A DNA stretch of 36,782 bases from Mariprofundaceae bacterium (GTDB lineage Bacteria; Pseudomonadota; Zetaproteobacteria; Mariprofundales; J009). Positions 1 to 6,421 of the stretch are shown here, piece by piece (the first letter of the stretch is position 1; each line of letters begins with the position of its first letter). The DNA is taken from positions 1 to 36,782 of the forward strand of contig WFMN01000095.1 in assembly GCA_015489095.1 (NCBI GenBank). The letters are read 5' to 3'. A model generated the notes under the pieces. That model worked only from the letters and a program-made list of their open reading frames with translations. It did no database searches and was not told where the DNA came from. A program made the position numbers and the translations under genes.

Positions 1-186
1 GCGCAGCAGCGGCAAACGACCACGACTGCCCCAGATGCGGGTAATAGACGAGGTTCCACGCCCCCCATCCGGTAAAGAAGAGCGGCGCATCGGTGTGGAC
101 GCCGCTCTTCTTTACCGGATGGGGGGCGTGGAACCTCGTCTATTACCCGCATCTGGGGCAGTCGTGGTCGTTTGCCGCTGCTGCGC
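1..186. repeat. Perfect long inverted repeat (hairpin/cruciform-capable). Arm 1-87 is the exact reverse complement of arm 100-186, with a 12-nt spacer at 88-99.
   Basis: Read directly: gcgcagcagcggcaaacgacc...gaagagcggcg / catcggtgtgga / cgccgctcttc...ggtcgtttgccgctgctgcgc. The left arm is cut by the window edge. Confidence 0.95.
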
Positions 187-229
187 TGCTTACCACCGCC
201 AACGCGGTCTATCTGGGGCTGTTTCTGCG

Positions 230-442
230 ATGGTCGAGAGGGTGACGCAATGCAACATCAGCAGGCTCGCCGGCGACAGCAAACGGCGCGCTTGGGCGGC
301 TATTCAACGCGACCACCCGGCACTGGCGGATTTTATGAAAAGTGACGAATTTGCATTATTACGCGATAACCTCGGTGTTCAGGTGATAATTTCCGTGGAT
401 TGTAATGGCAAGGTTATACCACACAAGGAAATTTCAAGCTGA
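230..442 (+). CDS. Hypothetical small protein (start uncertain)
   Basis: Same frame as track ORF 35..442. The ATG at 230 is the first one downstream of the palindrome. The stop overlaps the next start (TGATG at 440-444). The frame is open back to nt 2, so the gene could start upstream of the window. Confidence 0.3.
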   Translation: MVERVTQCNISRLAGDSKRRAWAAIQRDHPALADFMKSDEFALLRDNLGVQVIISVDCNGKVIPHKEISS

Positions 443-1329
443 TGGCTAGCAGGTTTTCCATATTTCAGGCAACGGCGTTGAGCGATACGAGGCTTACACC
501 ACGCGACATCACCGTTTTGGCGGCATTGGGCACTTATGCAGACAAGAAAGGGCTATGCTCTCCCGCTGTATCATCCATTGCCGCAACGCTTGGCGTCAGT
601 AGGCAGGCTGTTCAGCGATCCCTACGCACGCTTTGCGACTGCAGGTATATTGCAAAAAAGCGCAGAATTTCGAAAAATGGTGGAGACACATCCAATATCT
701 ACAAAATATCTCTTGACTACTCGCCACAGATGGAATTTTTACGGGACAAAAAAGAGGCCGAACCCCTGCAACCACCCGTTGCAGGGGGGGTGCAACCACC
801 CGTTGCAGGGGGTGCAACTTCTGAGGTTGCAGGGGGTGCAACTTCTGAGGTTGCACCCATTCCATTGAACGACCCATATGAACGAAAGAAGAGTGGTAGA
901 GCAGTAGCAGTAACTAGTAGTGTTACAAAAAACGCAACCGAACGCGAAAACGATATCGAATCCAGAACCGGAACGGCCAAGCTGCTCGCTGCCTACCATC
1001 ACCACTGCCCGTCTGGGAAAAAAATAAAAATACAATTTGCGGACAACCACCCAACGCTGCACACCAAGATGCTCGCTGCCGTGAAGTCCAGACCCCTTGA
1101 TGAGTGGGAGCGGGTGTTCGCCATCGCCGAGAAGAGCGACTTCCTGACCGGACGGACACCCGGTGCCGATGGCGAGATGTTCAACGGGTTGACTATCGGC
1201 TGGCTGCTCACTGATGGCGTGGCCGACAGGATCCTCGCTGGGAGGTATTCCGCGAATGACAAACAGACCAAGCGCAACCGCGTCTCCCGCGACGGGTTTG
1301 CAGATCTGGAGTACGAGGAGGTGATTTGA
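442..1329 (+). CDS. Replication initiator/organiser-like protein (N-terminal HTH, lambda O / DnaD-like role)
   Basis: 295 aa. HTH-like segment IAATLGVSRQAVQRSLRTL. Sits directly upstream of, and coupled to, a DnaC-like loader. Its coding sequence contains iteron-like repeats followed by an AT-richer stretch, as in lambda O/ori. Confidence 0.6.
   Translation: MASRFSIFQATALSDTRLTPRDITVLAALGTYADKKGLCSPAVSSIAATLGVSRQAVQRSLRTLCDCRYIAKKRRISKNGGDTSNIYKISLDYSPQMEFLRDKKEAEPLQPPVAGGVQPPVAGGATSEVAGGATSEVAPIPLNDPYERKKSGRAVAVTSSVTKNATERENDIESRTGTAKLLAAYHHHCPSGKKIKIQFADNHPTLHTKMLAAVKSRPLDEWERVFAIAEKSDFLTGRTPGADGEMFNGLTIGWLLTDGVADRILAGRYSANDKQTKRNRVSRDGFADLEYEEVI
767..855. repeat. Putative replication-origin iterons: four TGCAAC-N5/7-GTTGCA units
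   Basis: TGCAAC at 767, 791, 813 and 837. GTTGCA at 778, 802, 826 and 850. Unit spacing is 24/22/24 bp. The repeats encode PPVAGG.../ATSEVAGG repeats in the initiator. The downstream stretch ~856-965 is noticeably AT-richer. Confidence 0.6.
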
Positions 1330-2087
1330 TGCAGGCGATGAGTGGCATGGTGGATCTCCAGCGGCTGATCGAATCGCGGATTGGCGCGCCGATTGCGCTG
1401 CGCTGCGAAACCCACGGCGAATATACCGGATATGATCTGGAGCGAACTTGCCCGACATGCGCGGAGATCGAAGACGAACGCCAGCGGCAACGCGATGCCC
1501 GTAAACGAGTGGCGGCGGTGTTGGCCAAACGCTGGGCGGAAAGCGGAATGCCGGAAAAATTCTGCGGTGTGACCATGGACGATTGGGTGGTCACGATGGA
1601 GGCGCAACGCAAAGCCAAGGCGCGGGTGCAGGATTTCGTGGACGGCAGACTGAAACGGATGCTGCTGATCGGCTCCACCGGCACGGGCAAAACAATGCTG
1701 GCCGCCGCCGCCATCACCACGATGACGCAGGCCAGCGATTGCAAACCGGTTTACACCACGGGGTCGAGGTTGATCCGATCAATTCGGGACTCTTGGCGCA
1801 AAAAGGATGTGTGCGAACAGACGGTGATGGATCGCTTTATCACCGCGGATGTGTTGGTGGTAGACGAGCTTGGCGCCGGACGCTGCACCGAAGACGACAG
1901 GCTGATCATCTCGGAGGTGTTGTGTGACCGGTATTCGGCCGACCTGCCAACCCTGCTGATCAGCAACCTGCCTGCATCGCAGATCAAAACCGCTGTGCTC
2001 GACGAACGAGCGGTGGATCGCATGCGAGAAGGCGGTGCCGTAGTAGCCATGAACTGGAGGTCTCTTCGTGGACAGAAAACGGCCTAA
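1329..2087 (+). CDS. DnaC/IstB-like AAA+ helicase loader
   Basis: Walker A GSTGTGKT and Walker B VLVVDELG. N-terminal Cys pairs (CETH...CPTC). SD gaggagg lies upstream of the ATG at 1329, which overlaps the preceding stop. Confidence 0.8.
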   Translation: MQAMSGMVDLQRLIESRIGAPIALRCETHGEYTGYDLERTCPTCAEIEDERQRQRDARKRVAAVLAKRWAESGMPEKFCGVTMDDWVVTMEAQRKAKARVQDFVDGRLKRMLLIGSTGTGKTMLAAAAITTMTQASDCKPVYTTGSRLIRSIRDSWRKKDVCEQTVMDRFITADVLVVDELGAGRCTEDDRLIISEVLCDRYSADLPTLLISNLPASQIKTAVLDERAVDRMREGGAVVAMNWRSLRGQKTA

Positions 2088-2233
2088 CTCATTGCAGTCA
2101 TTACAAGATATGGTAAGTGTGTTGTGTGGGGTCGGGCGCGGTTTTTGGGATGCTCTTGTTATGTTTGCGGTTTTTCATGCGGTTTTTCGCCCATGTGGCG
2201 CTCGGCGGATGTTGGCACGATTCTTGACGTTGG

Positions 2234-2288
2234 TTCGAAGCGAGAAAAAACAGGATTCGAAGCGAGAAAGCCAACACAAAACTATAAT
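2234..2288 (+). promoter_or_regulatory. Candidate activator-dependent promoter: two phased direct repeats plus a consensus -10
   Basis: ttcgaagcgagaaa at 2234-2247 and 2256-2269 (22-bp phasing). TATAAT at 2283-2288 with no good -35. Lies in the 340-bp gap upstream of the mor-like operon. Confidence 0.35.
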
Positions 2289-2429
2289 AACAAAAGGTTT
2301 TTTCGGAACCAAACCACCCATTGGTTCTTTGCTACCCCACCCCCCATCAAAAGCTCATCCCCAAAGCCGCCAGCGCCCCTATTATGTGCCTCACAAAAAT
2401 TTGGGCGTTTTTTGTATTCGAAATCGCTC

Positions 2430-2783
2430 ATGGAGCCCCGTATGACACAGTGCACATCCATTTCCGAACTTGAGAAGCTGATCAAAATGGCTTGCGAGGC
2501 AGGGACGGACAACGAGCTGCTCGAAATCGGCCGACGGCTCGGCGCGGATGCCTTGCACACTATCCTCGATGTTCTTGGTGGACCCATCGGCATGCAGGCA
2601 TACATACCAAGCCCGAACAACTTCGCCGCCGCCATCCGCCGCACGCTGCGTGATCACGCAATCTGCACCGGTTACGACGGAAAGCCGGAGACCATCGCCG
2701 CATTTGCAATCGAGTTCGGCATCACCAAGAGCCGAGTTCGGCAGATACTTGCATCACAGCAAGGAAGAGAGGTTGACGAATGA
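2430..2783 (+). CDS. Mor-family transcriptional activator-like protein
   Basis: C-terminal pattern RDHAICTGYDGKPETIAAFAIEFGITKSRVRQIL resembles the Mu Mor/C HTH region. ATG at 2430 (alternative at 2442). The upstream part of track ORF 2124.. looks non-coding. Confidence 0.65.
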   Translation: MEPRMTQCTSISELEKLIKMACEAGTDNELLEIGRRLGADALHTILDVLGGPIGMQAYIPSPNNFAAAIRRTLRDHAICTGYDGKPETIAAFAIEFGITKSRVRQILASQQGREVDE

Positions 2784-3733
2784 GCAAGCAGTCCATCTGG
2801 AACGACAAATTAGCGGAAGAGTTCACACAGTGGTATGTGGTGATCAACGGGCGCTCTACTTCCGCCGCCAAGAAGTATGTGGTCACCGCCCGCAAGTTTT
2901 TCGATTTCATCGCCGACCGCGGCACGGATCCGGCACAGGATGAGGTTGAGGCGTGGATGCGCCACATTTACCAGCAGTGCAAAAACAAATCGAACGCCAC
3001 CCGCGCAGTCCGGCTTTCCGGCCTTCGTACCGTCTGCCGTTGGATGGTGAAAAAGGGGCATCTGAAATCCGACCCGACCCAAGGGGTTCCAACCCCGAGA
3101 TTCACCCCGTCTGCCGCGCAGAAGTTCGACACATCCGAACTCAAGGCGCTGATGAGCGCCCCCGACCCGGACAAGGCGATCGGACTGCGGGACAAGGCGA
3201 TCCTGATGCTGTTCTATGTCACCGGCATTCGGCGCGAAGAGATGTCCGACCTGACGCTTGATCGACTGCACCTGTCGGCAAACGGCGGGTTTGTGACGAT
3301 TCGCGGCAAGGGGTCAAAGCACCGCTCGGTCGGGTTCGGCAAATCGATTGTGCCGCTGTTGCAAAAGTGGCTGATCATGCGCGCCAAGTACGCCGCAGAG
3401 GGGGAGAAGCACCTGTTTATCTCCATCTATGCGCACACCAAGGGCGGCGCAGGCAGGAAACTTGGCGTCAACGCGCTGCACCATGTGATCAAGCGCGCCG
3501 CGGCCGCGATCGGCATGCAGTCCGAGTCCGCATTTTTGCACAAGTTGCGCGCCACTTACGCCACCGACCTCTACGACAACGGCTTCAATGTCGGCGAAAT
3601 CCGCACGCTGATGGGGCACAGCAGTGAGGCAACGACATGGCGCTACATCGCCATATCCGAGCGACATCTCAAGCAGACACGCATTCCTGATGATCGCGTG
3701 GCGATGCTCTCCGGGGAGGAAGAAGACGCATGA
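2780..3733 (+). CDS. XerC/XerD-like tyrosine recombinase (second recombinase of the element)
   Basis: Catalytic pattern TGIRREE, HKLRATYAT and LMGHSSEATTWRY (R...HxxR...H...Y). 317 aa. ATGA-type overlaps with both neighbouring genes. Confidence 0.85.
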   Translation: MSKQSIWNDKLAEEFTQWYVVINGRSTSAAKKYVVTARKFFDFIADRGTDPAQDEVEAWMRHIYQQCKNKSNATRAVRLSGLRTVCRWMVKKGHLKSDPTQGVPTPRFTPSAAQKFDTSELKALMSAPDPDKAIGLRDKAILMLFYVTGIRREEMSDLTLDRLHLSANGGFVTIRGKGSKHRSVGFGKSIVPLLQKWLIMRAKYAAEGEKHLFISIYAHTKGGAGRKLGVNALHHVIKRAAAAIGMQSESAFLHKLRATYATDLYDNGFNVGEIRTLMGHSSEATTWRYIAISERHLKQTRIPDDRVAMLSGEEEDA

Positions 3734-4449
3734 CAGACGAAAAGAAGAAATCCGCCAAGCGAGGCCGCCCACCGGGCAAGCCCGGCAAGCCGCTATCCCG
3801 TGTTGATGTCCAGCAGCGGCGCAATGCGGCGAAGAAGTCCACCGGACCGAAGACAGAGAAGGGGAAGGCGGTCTCCAGCCTGAATCGCTTTAAGCACGGC
3901 ATCTACGCCAAGCGGCTCAAGGCACACCTGCGCGGCAAGCCATGCTTTTCCACCTGCGAAAAGTTCAACGACTGCCTGTTTGTGCTGCAAGGCAAAACCA
4001 AGCCCGGCGGCAAGTGTCTCGATGTTGCGGACTGGGAGGTGGTGGAGGAAACCACCGAGGCAATCATCATGGCGATGGATTGCGGCGACACCACCAAGCT
4101 CAATGCCATCGCCGCAGCGAACATGAGCATGCTGATGGCGTTGGCACACCAGATGTTCCTCGATGTGCAATCACGCGGCATCAATGTGAAGGAGTATCTG
4201 GTCAACAAGGATGGCAACATCATCGGCAGCAAAACGGTGGACAACCCACACATCAACAACCTGATCCGCATCCTCGACAAGGTCGGGCTCAACCTCTCCG
4301 AGTTCCTCGCCACGCCAAAGGCGCAGCAGCAGGTGGCGACCGAAACCGAAGAGGCCGAAACCGCCGCCGCCATCACCCGCCGACTGATGGATCGCCTTGG
4401 ACCATTGTCCGGCAACAGCAAACCGATTGACGCGGAGGTGGTGAAATGA
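3730..4449 (+). CDS. Hypothetical DNA-binding protein (AT-hook-like N-terminus, Cys cluster); possibly a small terminase subunit
   Basis: N-terminus KKKSAKRGRPPGKPGKP. Cys cluster CFSTCEKFNDC...GGKC. The C-terminal LSEFLATPKAQ region is reminiscent of P27-type small terminases. The functional guess rests on position only. Confidence 0.4.
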   Translation: MTDEKKKSAKRGRPPGKPGKPLSRVDVQQRRNAAKKSTGPKTEKGKAVSSLNRFKHGIYAKRLKAHLRGKPCFSTCEKFNDCLFVLQGKTKPGGKCLDVADWEVVEETTEAIIMAMDCGDTTKLNAIAAANMSMLMALAHQMFLDVQSRGINVKEYLVNKDGNIIGSKTVDNPHINNLIRILDKVGLNLSEFLATPKAQQQVATETEEAETAAAITRRLMDRLGPLSGNSKPIDAEVVK

Positions 4450-4826
4450 GCGCATGGCAGACCGTCGTTGAGGCGATGAAGGCCAAAAGCCAGGTGATGG
4501 ATGTGCTACCGATCATGGAGGATGACATGGCGCAAAAGGTGCTGATCGCGTGGCCTCGCGTGGCCATTACCCGCACCGAGCCGACAACGCCGCTGCCAGA
4601 CAGCGACAACGCCGCATGGCGCTGGCTCTGGTCGGGCGTGGAGTACGACGCGCAAGAACTGGCCGCCACCGCAGGCATCCACATCCAGATGGTGCGCCCG
4701 AAGATCGATCAGCTCAAAGGCAACCGCCTGATTTTTCCCGATGGGACGATCTCAAGCGTTGCCGCCGATCTGCTCGCCGCAAAGACGGAAGAGAGCCTGC
4801 GCAAAATGCGCGGTGACGATGCGTAA
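4446..4826 (+). CDS. Hypothetical protein
   Basis: 126-aa ORF with an ATGA overlap to the upstream gene. No motif recognised. Confidence 0.5.
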   Translation: MSAWQTVVEAMKAKSQVMDVLPIMEDDMAQKVLIAWPRVAITRTEPTTPLPDSDNAAWRWLWSGVEYDAQELAATAGIHIQMVRPKIDQLKGNRLIFPDGTISSVAADLLAAKTEESLRKMRGDDA

Positions 4827-5067
4827 GGAGATCCTGCTGCGTACACCGCAGCGGGTGGTGGTGCGCGGGCATCTGTCAGAGCGCGAGGTGCGCCAGATCA
4901 CCGGGTGTGCTAGCGGCATTGTCCGCCACCTCTACTGGCGCCACGCCTTCACGCAATACCGCCAACCCCTGCTGTTTGAGGTGCCACGCAGCCGCTATGT
5001 TGAGGCGCGTGGCAAGGGGCGCGGCGCGTTTCCGGTTACAGTGCTGGATGTGCGGGGGCGCGAATGA
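4819..5067 (+). CDS. Hypothetical small basic protein
   Basis: The ATG at 4819 overlaps the end of the previous gene. 82 aa. The track ORF 4741.. is probably too long at its 5-prime end. Confidence 0.4.
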   Translation: MRKEILLRTPQRVVVRGHLSEREVRQITGCASGIVRHLYWRHAFTQYRQPLLFEVPRSRYVEARGKGRGAFPVTVLDVRGRE

Positions 5068-5136
5068 GCCAAGGCCAAGCTAAGTCTGGCAGGAGGACGG
5101 CTCAAAATTGAGCCGACCTCATGGATGATTTGGGGC

Positions 5137-5164
5137 TTGACTTGTTGAGGCCATCGTGTAGGGT
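5137..5164 (+). promoter_or_regulatory. Candidate sigma70-type promoter upstream of the antirepressor gene
   Basis: TTGACT (5137-5142), 16-nt spacer, TAGGGT (5159-5164). Confidence 0.35.
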
Positions 5165-5226
5165 GCATTCCGCTGGCGGCAAACCGTCAGCCGGGTTTTG
5201 CAGCCCGTCTTCAACAGGTGGTTCAC

Positions 5227-5255
5227 GCCACCGCATTTTTGTAGGTGGCTTTTTT
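5227..5255 (+). terminator. Intrinsic-terminator-like hairpin with a competing upstream pairing
   Basis: gccacc (5227-5232) / ggtggc (5244-5249) followed by tttttt (5250-5255). The upstream ggtgg (about 5217-5221) can pair with the same ccacc. Confidence 0.4.
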
Positions 5256-5398
5256 GTGCGTGCTCCACGGTTGGTGGGGTTGGTGCAGGAGGCGAAAGCC
5301 TGCCGTGTTTCCCTGTTGAAGCGGTCTGCAAACCTGCATCAACTCCGCCTTTTTTCGTTTTGCAGCGGAACTGGTGGTTTTACAACAGGAGCGTTGTC

Positions 5399-6196
5399 AT
5401 GAACGCAAACACTCTCTCCACCCTACAATTTGAAAACACCTCCATCGAAGTGGTTGACCGCAACGGTCGCCGATGGCTGCCGGCGGCCTCGATTGCAGCG
5501 GCTATTGGATACAAGAGGCAAGACGCAGTTGCTAAAATCTATCGTCGCAATGCCGACGAATTCACATCAGAGATGACGCAAGTCATTGATGTTCCCGTGA
5601 ACCCCAATTTGGCGTCCTCGGAAAAACTCAAAAACAGCATCCGCATCTTCTCCCCACGCGGGGCACATCTCATCGCCATGTTCGCCCGTACCGACAAGGC
5701 CAAGAAGTTCCGCAAGTGGGTGCTCGATGTGCTGGACACCACTGCGGCGCAGGCCACTACACCCAGCGCCCCATCCGCCGAACTCACCTACGAGGAGGTG
5801 ATGGATCGGGCGCTGGCGATGTCCCAGGCGCGCATGAAGGCGCTGCGCGAAGAGCGGGAGGCGCTCACGACACAGGTCGAGCAGCTTGCGCCCAAAGCAG
5901 AAGCACTCAACACCATTGCCAACACCAGCGGCAACCTGTGCATCACCGATGCCGCCAAGGTGTTGCAAACCAAGCCGAAAGCACTGTTTGAATGGCTACA
6001 CGAACACAAGTGGATATACCGCAGGGTTGGCAGCGGCTGGCTGGCGTTTCAGTGCCGCATCGATCAGGGGGTGATGCAGCACAAGGTAGTCACCACCTAT
6101 GCCGCGGGCGTGGCAAAGATCCGCGAGCAGGCGCTGATTACCCCCAAAGGGCTGACCAAACTGGCGGAGGCCTTCGCACTCAAGGTGGAAAAATGA
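5399..6196 (+). CDS. Phage antirepressor (BRO-N domain plus KilA-C/AntB-type C-terminal domain)
   Basis: N-terminus FENTSIEVVDRNGRRWLPAASIAAAIGY...IFSPRGAHLIAMFARTDKAKKFRKWVLDVL is BRO-N-like. C-terminus ITDAAKVLQTKPKALFEWLHEHKWIYRR is KilA-C-like. ATG at 5399 follows the SD aggag. Confidence 0.8.
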   Translation: MNANTLSTLQFENTSIEVVDRNGRRWLPAASIAAAIGYKRQDAVAKIYRRNADEFTSEMTQVIDVPVNPNLASSEKLKNSIRIFSPRGAHLIAMFARTDKAKKFRKWVLDVLDTTAAQATTPSAPSAELTYEEVMDRALAMSQARMKALREEREALTTQVEQLAPKAEALNTIANTSGNLCITDAAKVLQTKPKALFEWLHEHKWIYRRVGSGWLAFQCRIDQGVMQHKVVTTYAAGVAKIREQALITPKGLTKLAEAFALKVEK

Positions 6197-6414
6197 ACAC
6201 CCAGCCAGCACTCCCACCACGCGAACCACTCATTTTGGCATTGAATGACGATGATCTGCTGGTGATCGCCAGCGAAGCGGTCAGCCAATTCACCTCGATG
6301 ATGCACAACCACCCCGAAATGGCGGGCGACCGCCCAGGCGAATACGCCAGCGTGCTGGAGCCGCTGCGTCTGCTACTCGAAGCCGCAGCCAACCGCAGCG
6401 CGGATCGGATATGA
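6193..6414 (+). CDS. Hypothetical protein
   Basis: 73-aa ORF whose ATG overlaps the ant stop (ATGA). Confidence 0.45.
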   Translation: MNTQPALPPREPLILALNDDDLLVIASEAVSQFTSMMHNHPEMAGDRPGEYASVLEPLRLLLEAAANRSADRI

Positions 6415-6421
6415 GCCGATT

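Noticed and set aside
1-186. Hairpin-telomere / protelomerase target (N15-type linear prophage) interpretation of the palindrome
   Set aside because: The centre is a 12-nt non-palindromic spacer, whereas protelomerase targets are palindromic through their centre. No large protelomerase-type gene is present, and the element has a normal integrase and att region. This is kept only as a remote alternative.
2068-2429. Upstream extensions of track ORFs 2068-2445 and 2124-2783
   Set aside because: This region is repeat- and hairpin-rich with promoter-like elements and no SD. The Mor-like similarity begins only after the ATG at 2430.
5198-5398. 67-aa N-terminal extension of the antirepressor ORF
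   Set aside because: The BRO-N similarity starts at the ATG at 5399, which has an SD. The extension covers the terminator-like hairpins and reads as low-complexity sequence.
5068-5398. SOS (LexA) box upstream of ant or in the immunity region
   Set aside because: No CTGT-N8-ACAG or GAAC-N7-GTTC-type match was seen by eye. The host taxon, and therefore its LexA motif, is unknown, so absence cannot be concluded.
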